Position numbers and translations under genes: made by a program
NCBI GenBank assembly: GCA_965637545.1
Contig: OZ281500.1
Coordinates: 9,486,001 to 9,550,000 of the forward strand
Direction: 5' to 3'
Length of the DNA stretch: 64,000 nucleotides
DNA from: Phallusia mammillata
Taxonomy: Eukaryota
Part shown: positions 1-13,612 of the stretch, one piece after another
How positions within the stretch are numbered: position 1 is the first letter of the stretch
Layout: every line of letters begins with the position of its first letter
Notes under the pieces: model-generated
Seen by the model: the letters and a program-made list of their open reading frames with translations, nothing else
The model's database searches: none
Told to the model about the DNA's origin: nothing

Positions 1-3000
1 TCAGTTCCACCTGCTTCTTGTTGGGCTGTATTATCCTCTTCAGTTCCTACATCCTCTTCGTCTTCGCCATCCAAATTTTGCGGATACGAACCGTAATCTG
101 TTGGATCCATATTTTCAAATTCTCCCTGATTGTCAATGGATCCATTTTGATTCTCAAAATAACTTATCATACTTTGTAGTTGTTCGTGTAAATCTGGCGG
201 TGTTTCTGACAGAGTGGTTAAGTATTCTTCCATTTCGTTATTTAGCTCTTCTTCTTCAGATGTGTTTTCTGAAGCTGGAGAATCAGTTTCATCGAACTCC
301 GAAGGTAAAACGTTGCTAATTCCTTGTGCTGTTAAATCTGTTTCGGCAAAGGAAATGTCTTCTTCTTCCGTCTCGTCGATTTCAACTCCCGCAGCATCTG
401 TTTCATCTGGATTAATGTTGTTGGTAATAGATTCCCCATTGAACTGCGAATCTAAATTATTTAGTAGCCCTTCTTCAGCGTCTGTAACTTCAGAGGAAAG
501 TGCATCAGTGTCCGGGTAATCCGACAAGTCGAAGATTGAACGCTTAGTCAGTTTTTCGGTGTTGACTTGAAGTTCCACAGTGTCTGTGCCGCCGGCAGAG
601 TCTGTAGACGTCTGTCCCAACGTTTCCAAGAGACTGTTTAAGTTTACTAACGACCCATCCAAGACTCCGATTTCGCCGCTGGATTCCGTTTCAATCATTT
701 CGTCTGTTGTAAGTTCAACACTACCTTCCCCACTTGTTTCTTCCTCCTCAGACTCTGTAGGGTCAGTGCTAAGCTCAACTGACCCTTCCCCACTTGTTTC
801 TTCCTCTGAAGAGTCGGTTTCTAGCTCAACTGATCCACTCGATTCATTTCCGTCCAAATCTACACCAGTACTTGATCCTTCTTCTTCAAGTGCTTCGTCT
901 TCAGTCAAGCCAACTTCACCGCTGCTTTCACTCTCCTCTGCTTCAATAGCTTCTTTTTCACCTTTTTCTTTGCCGCTTATTTCCATTAGTTGGTCCTGGG
1001 AAAGGGCCATCCCTTCGATGCGAGTGTCCAAATATGCTTTGGCGACTTCCAAGCTTCCGATCAGATCTGGCCTGAAACAACGAAATCATTTACGCAACGC
1101 AACAAAATCAGCAATATGAACTTTTCACTATAAATCGCATAAGTGTGCTTAAATTGATACTTACTGTGTGATTATCTGGCCACCAGTCCTCAGGTGTGAC
1201 AACAAGTCATCGATGGTCGCCTGTGTTTGCTCAATAAGTGTTATGACAGCTGTGACTGCTCCCACTGCAAGCTCCGCGATTTCCTATGAAAACAGGTGAT
1301 AAAGACGTTAAATCAATTGCCCGTGACACCTTTAATAAACGATAGCTTTTAATGACAGAACATACCCACATAATACCATTTGACCTTCCAGTCGGCACTT
1401 GGTTCGTTTATATTTATACGTAGGCTTACAAGTTTTCGTAAAAAAGGAATAAAAAAATTCTCGTAAACAAACAAATAAAGAAAAATATATTTGCTCCTTT
1501 TTACCCCGAGTGTGAACTTTTCCAACTGAAGAAACTTCTCGGGAAGAGTTATCGACGTTTGGCCGTTGGACTGGGCAAATTGTAGGGCGTACATCAATTC
1601 CTGTCAAAACAATATCATGAAAAATATTCATATTGATGAAAAACACACCTGTATCATTTATCGAAATCCATAACTTAATCTAAAGGTGTAATCCAAACCT
1701 CGATAGCTGTAAGGTCCTCATCAATTACGTCCATTGAAACTTTAATGCCATCCATCGACGCTTTGTATTCTTCAGGCAGCTCGAGATCATTAACAAACTC
1801 ATTTCGCGTCTCCTTTTCCTGGGCCTCATTGGTTGCCATATCACCCAGGTCCTCGCTGCCCAAACTCTGCCACGAGTCTATGAGATCCCCTTCGTTGGTG
1901 ATCAAACCGGACATCTCAGATAAAACATCGCTGAAATCTTTTGCCACCTGAAAGTATATCACGTCGTTACGTTTAGCATTGGTTAGCATAGAGGAAACCT
2001 ATGGCTGCCTAGACCTAAACCAAAGATAAACTATGTTCCTGCTGTTTGTACAAAGACATACAGCCATAAGACTGGAGTCAATTAAACCATCTTTAAAAGA
2101 TGACAAAATAGTGTCGAAACTTTATGTTTTACCTTACTGTAAGAAATCTGATTCTTGTTGAAGTTTTTGAAACTTTAGAAAATTTGTACCTAGTGGATGT
2201 GAGTAAAGTTCTTAAACTATGTTTGTTGCGTTTTGATTATTTAGTTTGAATTAAGTATTATGACTGTCGTACACAGTATAATAAAAAATTCTCTCTAGAC
2301 AACTAAGACGACGGTTTGCTGTTGTCGTTTTCGAGGTAGAGACACAATGTAGAATTCCGTGGCAAAGCGGATTTGCTAGCAAATACGACAGTTATGAATG
2401 GTAGCAGGTCAACTCCTATAAACACTGTAAGACGGAGATTTCGACGAACCTTCAGTGTCATTGGATTAAATCTAATCTGCTTACATGTGGCCACAGAGAC
2501 ATTAAAGTTATTCAGCACGCAACGGTGAACTCTGTTTACGCAAACCTTACGTCATTTCTGGCTTAGTTACCTGTGACGCAATGCGTTAACTGTAAGACCA
2601 CCAAAAATCACGACCGTGTTTGTCAAAGTGGTATAAAGCGAAAATCAAGCTTGAGCATTATTGGTGATTTTTGTGTAAAACTAGATATTGGATACAAGCA
2701 TAGTAAATGCCCACAATAATTGTAATCTTTGTGTATTTTTTAAAATTCCCTCACTTTTAATACAGCCCTGTTTGCATGGAATATTAAAATTGGTACTTAA
2801 ACCTATTTATATGAAACAAACATGTTTAACGCTTATAACTTGGGTTGCCATCGACATGGACCCCAAAATAAGGACAGCTGAAAAATACGAGCCATGAAGT
2901 ATCACAGCATGCCGTATTTTTTCACATTTTCTTTTATGATGTCACAAAATCTCGACACGAAAACATGCTTTGGTATGTTACGCAACACCGAATGTCAGAG

Positions 3001-4037
3001 GAAACGGATAGAAGTTTTGTAATTGTTGAAAATAAGATAAAATAAAGCAAGTCAAAACAAGTACATTTCTTAGAAATAAGGACAATAATTTTTCTGAGAA
3101 TAAGAACAAATCTTAGAAATAAGGACGGTATGGCAACCCTGGTTATAACCAAATGCAAGTGCCTGCGGTAAAGTAGAAAGTGATTTTATTCGCCACCTAA
3201 GGGCGATTCATTTTGTTTAGACCCTAATTTGAAGCGAACGGCAAGCCTTTGTGCGTCACTTGGGTGCGTTAAAGTAACGTTACGTCATATCGCGCTTATG
3301 TGCCTTACGTTTTGGGAGAATTTAAGCCGTTTGTTTATTGTTGACGTTTGTCGCAGGTCAGCGTTTCAAATGTTTACGTGACTATCGTTCTTTATTTTTA
3401 CAATACCACCAAGTACATTTAAAACAATCTAAGCGTTATTACTGAATTTTAAGCCATACATTTTTATGTTTCTATGGTATTTTTTAACAAATCGGGCGTT
3501 ATTGGGTTATTTGAAAATATTTAAATTAAGTGCAACAAAATCCACTTACAGTGTATTCAACTTTTTTGACTATTTAGGATTTGTGATAAGAAGGCTGAGA
3601 AAGTGTTTTGTCAGCGCTTAGGCGAAGTGCAGATCCGAATGCCTTTGGGCGATCACAGGACAAAATTATCAGCCAATTTTGCCCACACGTCAACCAAGAG
3701 AAATGAACAAAATATGCGTGAAAAGTTCCTTATTCTTTTGCATGATTCATGCTTTACCGAAAATAAGCAGGCATAATATGCACTTGCTATTAAACAATAA
3801 AGCTTAAACCTTATGGTGATAGATTATTCTTTGTACCTATTACACATTTATATTGAAATCATCACACTTTAGCCTCTTACAGAATGTGTTGTTGTCGGCC
3901 ATGAGTGTCAGATGGCTTGATTTTATACCTTTAATTTGAGATATTTTCACAATTTGAAACTTTTTTGACAATAAACACTCACTTACCGCTTGTGACACGA
4001 ACAACAAACACGTGACAGTCAAAAACTTGCAGAACAT
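1..4037 (-). CDS. Secreted highly acidic Ser-Gly-rich protein (proteoglycan-core or granin-like), 5' part; the gene runs off the left edge
   Basis: In-phase GT-AG exons at 1947-1699 (VAKDFSDVLSEM...LTAIE), 1283-1165 (EIAELAVGAV...GGQIIT) and 1071-<1 (open for all 1071 nt, E/D/S/T-rich). A candidate signal-peptide exon lies at 4037-3987 (MFCKFLTVTCLLFVSQA|gtaagt). Its link to the downstream exons, and any exons between 3987 and 1947, are inferred or unresolved. Confidence 0.7.
2840..3141. mobile_element. hAT-type MITE
   Basis: Imperfect TIRs ttgggttgccat / atggcaaccctg, 8-bp flanks cttataac / gttataac (7/8 match), and three subterminal ataaggac motifs. Confidence 0.75.
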
Positions 4038-6225
4038 CTCGCTTGCTTTGTCTGTCAAAATAAAAAAGTAATAGTTTCTTTGTATGTCTTGACAGTATGT
4101 TTATTTTAGTATTACCGTTAATCTTAAATAATAAAAAAACAATTGATAAAAACACCGATCATAAACCTGGCCAGATTAACATGTTTCAAATGGCAAAAAT
4201 ACATGAAATTTATTTTAATATTTAGGCGCTGGTCTAAAATTACGCAACGTCTGAAATAAAACACATAATTTTGTTTGTTAAACTTCTCACCTTGATTCGT
4301 TTTCAGATGGTTCACTTTGTGTCTTTGCCCAAAGTTTCTAATTAGTGTGATATCCAACCACTTCGTTACAACGAAAACTTACTAATGGTAAAGTTAGACT
4401 CGTTGGGAGGATTTCGACTTTCTTACAAAAAAATCGCGTCTTTCTTCTGTGCCGAACCGATTTATGCCGGGGGGCTCACGAAATGTGAGTCTCTCATAAT
4501 CTATGGTTGCCATTTTAAAGGAGTGTCGTCAGATAATCGTCTGGGCTTGTTTGATGTGAATAAATTCTTTCAGACTTTTAAGTTATTCCATATGTTTTAT
4601 GTAGAATTGCGTAAATTTGCCTTTCAAATAATTTTGATAAACACTTGCGTCGTGAATAAAACACGAATTTCATACATCGAAAGTTAAATTCCTTTTCCGA
4701 GAAAAACGCTCTGAAGTATCATCGGTTTATGATTTCACTTTTGTCAGCAATTCTGCATTTAAATTATCTTATTATTTGTCTCAAACTAAAGCAATAAAAC
4801 GGACCAAATCAAATTACATCATGATTGCGAAACACTACTGAGACGTGTTGTCATCGGTTTCACATCCTCTCATTATTTGGATTGATAATGTTCTGAAAAA
4901 CGAAAAATAAAAAAACTTTCCCAAAAACGGAACGTTGTGAAAAGAACAATGTGTTTTCGAAACTGAGGTCCACTTAGTTTTTACATCATATGTCTGATGT
5001 CATCCTGAATCATGTGAAGATTCGTTGCTGTTTTGCAAGTTACAGGTCATCATCAAAACGCTGCCTATTGAAGATGCCCACTCAAGATGTAGATCTTTTT
5101 TGTCAAAATACTGGGCGTCGTTGAACACCAGCCATCAATTACTTCAAACCACTTCTGATGTCGAAATACGATGCAAATGACTATGTTTTCACCCAAATTA
5201 CCACTAGGTGAATACAAATATTCTTACAGTCCGACCATATCAAGGAAACAAACGCTTCTTGTGTATTTTCAAATATTTCGGCACAATTAAAACCAGGGCG
5301 ATACCGGTCATCCTATGGGCGTTTTAAACAATAAAGTGGCTGGTACGAATTTAAGTCATATAACACTTCAGAGTACAGCTGCAGAAAAAAGATATTCAAA
5401 CACCTATTTCTAAAGTGGGCGATGTGGTAAACGTATGAAAATACTTGATTTAACCAACGTATATATAGTTAATGCGGATTTTTTAAGAATTATTTAGTTA
5501 ATGTAACCGATTGGTACCACAAGTAAACTTTGCATTCTACTTTTCTACACATAAAGCAAAGTAAAATTGTTTCAATTTTATTTGGCGAATTGCACTTTTT
5601 TTCGGACAGTTTTGCTTGAAAACTTTTGTCAACCTTGACTGACGTATTGACATTAAACTCGTTATATGTGACCAACAGACGGAATGCCATAAGCATGGAA
5701 ACAGTGCCTTTGAAATGCCTTCACTGATGCAGTGCGTGTCTATAAATTATTCAAAGCAAGTTATCCCAAACCGAGTTTAGGGCGCAGCAGGCTTCACACA
5801 GAGGAAATAAATTTTCGACATGTACATATAGGACAGCCGATCACGCTCTTTTGTGTATTGGAATTACAAGTAGCACAAATCGAACCTGTATTGATTTTAC
5901 TCTGCTAGAAGAAGGGACATAGAAGTACCGATTGGCCTATTGTGAACATTTCGTAGACGGAACTTTGTCACTTGCCCGGAATCGCCTTACACCACAAAAG
6001 CAGGTAAGTTTATTTAAAGTACAAACTAAATATCACAGTTAAAGAAGGTGTTTGTTGTTTTATTGTTGCTGGTTTAAAACGCTATGATACGTGTAAGATT
6101 GAATACAATTCGGAATCAATGGTGCTTAAACTTGGCTCTTTGTTGTTCAGGGTTTCGAGTAGCGTTTAACTGTGCTTGACAAGTCCTACCAATTTTCGCC
6201 AAGAACAGCACCGAAAGACTTCAAA

Positions 6226-9200
6226 ATGAATCAGAGCAAGAAAACTATTCCAAAAATTGTGGTAAGTACAAAGCGAAATTAACCTCAGGCAGTGGTAAAA
6301 ATGAGTTTCGGTCTTGTGGGCCAAAACAAGTCGCAATGCACGAAGGAAGTGAATGTGCGGCACGATCCATTTGTCAATTGCGATGGAAAAGTTTATTTAG
6401 CTATTTTGAAAAGTTTTAATGTGGTTACGGACGCCCCGAGCTGCATATAGTCTGTTGCCAAATTGCCTTCATGCTATTAATGCAAATTCGTGCTAGCGCC
6501 TCATGAACGTGACTTCTATAACATTCTTAATTGATTTAATTCATTTTCCACATCGTTTGTGTTTTCAGAGCGAGCGCCTGTTAATTAAAGGAGGAAAAGT
6601 CGTTAACCATGATCACACATTTCGAGCTGATGTTTTTGTGGAAAATGGCATGATCAGGTAAAAGTCCTGATACCCCCAAGAAACTAAAGTTTTATACCTT
6701 GTGTAGTCCTATGTACTTTGTGCTCACTAGATAACGTTTGGCACAATATTGCATCAAAACAAACTATATTCCGTATAAAACAATGATAAACCATGCTACA
6801 TTAAGTAGTTTTATTGCCAATGAGAATATTAAACCAATGTACGACATGGCATACACCACGTATTAACTTTATTCCAAAAAAACGCTAAACAAACGTCTAA
6901 AACGTTATTTGTTGTTTTGTAGGCAAGTTGGTTTGGACCTTACAGTGCCTGGTGGGGTGATTGTGATTGATGCCAAGGATGCACTCATTCTTCCTGGAGG
7001 GATCGATACCTCGGTGAACTTTGCCGCTAGCTCTACATGGTACGACTGCCACAGCAACAGTGACGAAACCACAGTCGACGACTTTTATAGCGGCACAAGA
7101 GCTGCTTTACTCGGCGGCACAACCACAGTCTGTAAGTACATCAATTCAAGTGCTCTGGTTAGATTAAAAGGGTGCGGTTAAGGTACATATGCAAAGTGGT
7201 TTGCGTAATTAAGATGCTATTTCAGCCCTGTATGGGCAAATGTAAATCGACCCCAGCCCCCAACGGTTTCAAACAATTTTGTGAAGCAAGTCTTAATGCT
7301 TCCAAACAGAAGTACCGCAATCATTAACAGTATATGATACTTCAATGCTTTTTACTGTAAATTTCGCCATTTTTAATCACTTAAAGTAAATTAGGTCATT
7401 TCGCTCGTGGCGTTCCAGGGTTTTCACCAATAACCAAATCACCTTACACGCTCGATCGTTTACCCAATCAAGACAAATCCCACAGGCTTGTCCCTTTCTC
7501 AACATCTCTTGTGTGTTACGGGCCTGCATCCTGTGACGGTGCGCATCGACCTACTAATGCATCTGTATATATTCACACCATTCCCTATGGACTGTCTTAC
7601 ACATGGGCGTGTTTGGTCGGATATTGTGCTGCTCATTAAGTTGACTGACAATTTAATTAAAACAATTACATAAGAAATGTTCATAATTCGATCGTGAATA
7701 GGCCTACCCCATCAATACATTCCTTAATTTAATCTCTTTCTGTGCGTCGTTTTTGAAATCGTTTGTCAAGTCGAGTAAACTGTGTATATTTTACCCTAAA
7801 GCTTTTTTTTCATACTAGTGGCCACAGCTTATATTTTTAATTCTACTATTTGTGCTCAGATTGAGATATTTTAATTATTACTTTAAAATGATAAATTTAT
7901 AAAAGTTACCGTTTAATGATGTAATGGGGCGTTTCAACAATTGTTTACATACAAAAACAAATATAACATACAAATGACAGCACAGTTACCTAATTGCAGT
8001 TGACTACGCAACTGCGAACAAGGGTGGACTTGTTGCTGGACACGAAGAACGGGTCGAAACAAGTGCGTCGAGCTGCTGTGACGTCAGCTTGCACGTTGAT
8101 ATAACGTCATGGAACGATGATGTCAAAAAATCAATGACGGCGCTGGCGAAAGAGCACGGGGTCAACTCTTTCCGTATAAGAACGAGCGATCGATTCCAGC
8201 TCAGCGACGACCAGGTTTTGAATTAATCATAAGCACCGGCTGTGTTGTAACTCCCGTCTATAAAGGCGTGACCCCCTTTAAAGCAAAATGACCCACCTAG
8301 TTTTACAGCCAGTTTTAATATCGGGTTTAACTGAAGTTGAATTACAATGAGTGTTTTGTGAAATAAACTTTACAACTGTAGAACACTACATACGGATCTG
8401 TTCATAAGGTTAATGGTGAAAATAACGTCCGAAATAGATGTAAAAAGCGACATTTTCAAGTGTTTTGGCAATTTATCATGCCATCATCAGTGATATGAAG
8501 GCCAAATCAGTTAACTGATGATAGCATGAGCATTTTCCGAAACGTTTGAAAAATAAAGCATGGTCACTTTTTCGTCTATTTGGGCCGTTATTTTCACCAA
8601 TACATTTTACAACCGTCGAAAAACTATGGTTGGTTAAGTGTAGGCTAAGTTTTAGTCTATTCATGGTTGAAAACCTACTTTGCTGTTTAATATTACCCAA
8701 GTGCATCACTTTGCTGGTATTAACTGGAACCCATCCAAAACATCTTGCACTTCAGAAGTGCGGGATATCATTGCGATTGGCACCAAGTATGTAATAGTTA
8801 TCATTTTGTCCTGGCAGAGGTATGTGTTCTGTAATTATGCCAAAAACCTTTCCAAGCGGATGCTTGCAATGCCCACAAATATGTTCCTCGTTTTGTAGCT
8901 GCAGAATTGATAGCTAAACGCCGTGGGCTATTGCTGTCTGACATGCTTTTTGGTATCTGTGAATTGCCTCCTGTGAGTAATGAAAAAAGATTACAATCAA
9001 AACGCTGAATTCGAGGTCCTGCTCATAAATGACCTTTGTTAAACTTTGCTTGTTAAACTTTACATTACGTTATACAAGTTTTAGATACTTGACCCCAACT
9101 TCACAAAGAAATTCTTCAATTCGTTGTGTTACACATTATTGCCCTTAAAAATCATTTGGTTGAATGGTAGTTAATGTGTCCACGTTCGCGGTGAGAAAAT

Positions 9201-12200
9201 TAATAACGGCAAAGAACACTTAGTTTGCGTTGCCGTTGGCGTGTGTTGAAATCGATATGTATGGATTAAGATTTGCTACAATCTTTTTTGTTGCCTTTTA
9301 TTTTAAAACAGATCTATTTAATTAGTTAGATGAATTGCTCTTTAAAGTCAACAAATGACAACCAAAATTACCTGTTTTAACAGATTTTTGATATTTTGCT
9401 GCACATTAAAACCCTTGGTGCTGTGGCTCTTGTTCACGCCGAAAACGGATCCATTGTTCGTAAACTTACCCAGGTTGAAAAAAGCAGAGGTCGAACACAA
9501 CCAGCAGGAATCCTCACAGCAAGAAACGAAGATGTAAGTGTACCCATAATTAGTTTTAAAACTAGCAGTTCTGTTTGATAGGTTCCTTTGGTATACCTGG
9601 TTAGGTTACGTATTTGTGTTTTTTCTATCACCCCTTTTTGTCAAAAGATTTGACAAAAAAAGTTTCACGAATATAACTTAAATATACAGACGCATTTATC
9701 ATTAGTATCAATTGGTGGTTATTTGATGTACACATTTGAAAACATTTTACACCTGAAATGTACAACCATTTATTACTTTATAGGTTGAATTGGAAGCAGT
9801 ACAACGTGTGATTATGATAGCCAAGCAAGTGTCATGTCCAGTACTCTTCATCAATCTTACTGGAATTAGGGCGGTGAATGCAATCGTTGATGCGCGAAAA
9901 TCAGGTAACATTTCTGCCGATTAGCATAGTATCTTGATTGCGTACGAAGTCGTTCAAGATTTGATGTTTGCCAACCAGAACGTGTTTTTTATGCCTTGTT
10001 TGTAACACACAAGACTTTAGCTTATTGTTTTGAAACGATAAGGTGGTTTACTGAATGGTGCACAAAGTGCATTGTTGTATTTCAGATTTTGCCCGATTCA
10101 ATGCTTTTTTGCTAGGGATTAAAAACAAAAATACAAATCTAAACATTTTTAGTACAAACATATATCCAAAGCATATTTAATACCGGATCAGTCCTGGCCG
10201 TTCGATGTAATCCGTTGATGTGTATAAATATAATAGCTTGTTGGAGATGTTCGAAATAAATAAATGCGAAATATCAGGAGTGAAAAGTGTAACCAATGGA
10301 GAATGACTTAGTTTTCCGCACTTTTTACAACAATTTGTCGGCATTTTGGACAACAATGTCATCATTTATGTTTGCTTGTAGGCCAGCAAGTGTACGCTCA
10401 AGTGAATGCGGTTGCCCTGTATCGTAATGGTTCTTCATATCACCAAGCGTCGTGGAACAAGGCAGCCGCTTGTGTAACTTGGCCACCTCTGCGAGACGAC
10501 CCCGTTATTCAGCAGTCATTGCTCTATGCCCTGTCCAGGTGCGGAAACTTCGTGACGTAAATTGCTTGTCGGAAAACTTTGCGCCCGCGGGTAAAACGAA
10601 TTCGGGTTGATACGTGTTGTGAGTTGGCGGAACAAGATGTTCTTTAAGGAAGTCCTGTTTTTTTGCCCGGTATTTTTTGATGTACAATGTTTATTTTTAC
10701 CTTTACTCTATGTTGGGGATTTTCTCGAAGTAAGCTGTGCATCTTAAAGGCAGTTTCCGAGAAATGTGCACTAACTTATACCCGTTGGCATTTACTTTAT
10801 TTTAACCTAGTTACATTGGTACATATTACAGCGGTCATATACACTGCATCTCAAGTGGCCATTGCGTCTTTACAAATGCTTCCAAGAGCAAACTGGGCAA
10901 GAGCGACTTTTCAAAAATTCCACCTGGAACGAATGGGGCGTTTGAGCGCATGATGGCGGTGTGGAGTTACGGTGTGGTAAGTTTTACGATGCGGCATCCA
11001 AATTTAGATTGCGGTTTCTTAGGACAAATTGCAACTTCATGATGACTAGATTATAATCCTTACAAATGACATGAGTTTGAGTTTTTTTTTAATTAAATAT
11101 TTTGACGCGGACATTTTGCCATTGCTCATCTTAATTATTATGAATATAATTAACGAGCTGCATTAAGCGTTCTTTAAAATAATCACGTTTTTGAAATTCC
11201 CTTTAGGAAAGAGGCATGATCGACCAAAATCAGTTCGTGGCAGCAACCAGCACCAACGCGGCCAAACTTTTAAACCTCTATCCCCGCAAGGGACACGTTG
11301 CCGTGGGCTCCGACGCAGACTTGGTGGTTTGGCGTTCGAACGACCACCGATCGTTATCCGCGAGCGCCTCGGCACTCAACGTGGTCAAACCTGATTGCTC
11401 GAACGCATTTGATGGAGCAGAGACCAACGGGGCACCTGTAGTGGTAATAAGTCGCGGAAAGGTTATCTTGGATGAAAATGAGGTAAAATTCGAGCTATTT
11501 TAGTGTTATTTATCATTATTTTGCAATTACTAGGTGTCTTGAATTAAATAGAAGACTGTGTTCTTTCCACATATCATGTTTTCTGAATGATTTCGTTTAA
11601 TTGTTTTAATTAATGCGCACAATTGCATTGTCTCGTCTGCTGCAAAGCTTTAACAGCGACCATATCAAATTATAATGACAGTAATCATAGGCGCCGAGTT
11701 TTGCAAAAATGCAAGGTGGCGGACGTAAAATATGACGTCACTTTGTGTGACGTCACTAATGTGTGCAACCACAAGAACTCAAAGCCAAACAAACTTTTAA
11801 AAGAATGAAACGTTTGTCAAAATGTGGATAAAAAAACTGATGTTTGAAATAATATTTAGCTGGCAATTGCAACACGTTGCTGTAGCTTTTATCATTGGTT
11901 TAGCAACGTTCAAAAATGTTTCGTCAAGTTGTTGCTGCTTTTATCACTTTAGATAACAAATTATTACAACACATTTGCATTGTACACAACAATGGCCGAC
12001 ATTCACTGACAGACAATTGTGTGTTTGACGTCATAAACAAGGGACTAACCACAACAAGTTGCAGTTTTATGCCACGTTTTGTGGTTGAATCGCTAGCACG
12101 TTTGTTAAAAGGCAAAATTGTTGCTAATATTCATCAGATTTTACGATATTTCGTACGATACCGCTAAAAACTAACCAAAATTTCCACGGTGGCCACCACC

Positions 12201-13612
12201 GTGCTTTAAAAACCCAAGGTGGCGGCGCCACCCCGCCACCGCCTACTCGGCGCCTATGACAGTAATGGTTTTTTGTGTGTACACCGTATCCAAAATAAAC
12301 AACATCTTAAAGGTTTTTTAGGTGTGATAGAGCACACAGCCATTTATACGCTATAACTACCTTAAACCTTTGCAACAACTGTCGGTGTTGTTACATTGTT
12401 ATAAATATGAAACAAGACATTCACATAATCGAGTTTAGTGCCCGCCAAGCGTCGCTTTAGACACGCGCCGATCAGGCACTTGCTGCATGGGCTGTAGATG
12501 AACGGGCAGCCGCATGTTTTGACCAAAAACTTTTGACATATACATACGCCAATTCGCACTCTACGCACGTATATAAGGTGAATCTACTAACACCATACCT
12601 CACGGGAGACCAACATTTAGCAAATTTTCGATAAGTGGCGCAAAGAGCACTTTTCACGGTTAAAACGATAGTTCTCCAAAAATGCTCACGGTTAGGGCTA
12701 TTAGGGTCGGGATAAAGTATTAGCATTTAAAATTCAATAAAACTACCAAAAAAACTTAGTTACTAATGTAAAAATTTTAATAACTTATTTCCCAACCCAA
12801 CCCCTCTTTAGCCGCTAAATTAGTAATTCAACTCTTTGCGCCACCTTGTGAAAGTGGGTTTCCCGTGAGGTATGGTGTTAATGCTCTACCCGTATATATG
12901 CGTTGTATATATACTTATATACGTCAACCGCACTGAAAGTATTAAGAGTGTGCGACTTATAAGTCTGTTACGAATCCTCTTACGTTAGATTACTAGCAAT
13001 GTCTCTGGGTTTTTTCCATACACTTACCGGTCCTTGTGTGAAATAATCATTGGAATGACGTGCAGGTTCATGTTGTCCAATCACATGGAAGCTTGTTGGG
13101 ACGACCACTTAAGCCGCCAATGATCTATAACCGGCTTGATGTGCAAGACGAAATCATGAAAGAGTTGTTTGTGAACGTTAAAAGCGACAGTCAGCCGCCA
13201 GTGGTCACCCCATCGGTCAACGGTCCACGGTACAGAGAGAACAACGAAGACAAGCCGGAAAGATTTACTCGTACTTCTGGTCATCGTGCAATGCACCAAT
13301 CAGGATGGAGTTTTTCAGGTGGGTGGGGCGGAAGCTTGGCTTTAAAGGCAACGGAGAGAGTTTTGGGCCAGATTGTTGAGATATGTTTAAACATATTAAT
13401 AATACATACATACCATTGTGGCAATTCACACTTCCCAGAAAAACAGAATCATTTTCATGATTGCATGAAAACCGAAATATTTTAAACTTTTTGTGAATAA
13501 TTTATTTTCTTGCGTTTCATATTTAGGAGACCAAGCTGACGATACTCGGAAAAAATCTACATTTCGATATTCTGTGCCTCCCGGTGGAATTTCCAACTTC
13601 AGTCTCAATTGA
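6226..13612 (+). CDS. CRMP: Collapsin response mediator protein (CRMP/DPYSL family; dihydropyrimidinase-like, probably non-catalytic), 11 coding exons
   Basis: Exons 6226-6261, 6569-6657, 6923-7131, 8000-8214, 9384-9533, 9784-9904, 10382-10538, 10832-10976, 11207-11482, 13066-13318 and 13527-13612 are all GT-AG and in frame. Family motifs: [12 protein letters not shown]|[69 protein letters not shown]. The CRMP-type tail HQSGWSFSG...[11 protein letters not shown] is present. A probable non-coding 5' exon ends at a gtaag donor near 6004. Confidence 0.95.
11686..12258. mobile_element. hAT-type MITE in CRMP intron 9
   Basis: 14-bp TIRs cataggcgccgagt / actcggcgcctatg, perfect 8-bp TSD acagtaat (11678-11685 and 12259-12266), and subterminal ggtggc motifs. 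Confidence 0.9.
12590..12878. mobile_element. TA-flanked foldback MITE (Tc1/mariner-like) in CRMP intron 9
   Basis: Inverted termini acaccatacctcacggga / tcccgtgaggtatggtgt, each flanked by TA, plus a second internal inverted pair gtggcgcaaagag / ctctttgcgccac. Confidence 0.7.

Noticed and set aside
214-1119. Plus-strand Ser-rich ORFs of 101 and 179 aa
   Set aside because: They are antisense shadows of the acidic minus-strand exon: GAA/GAT codons read as TTC/TCT/ATC on the other strand.
5741-5746. TATAAA as the CRMP core promoter
   Set aside because: Such motifs are common in AT-rich DNA and the transcription start is unknown.
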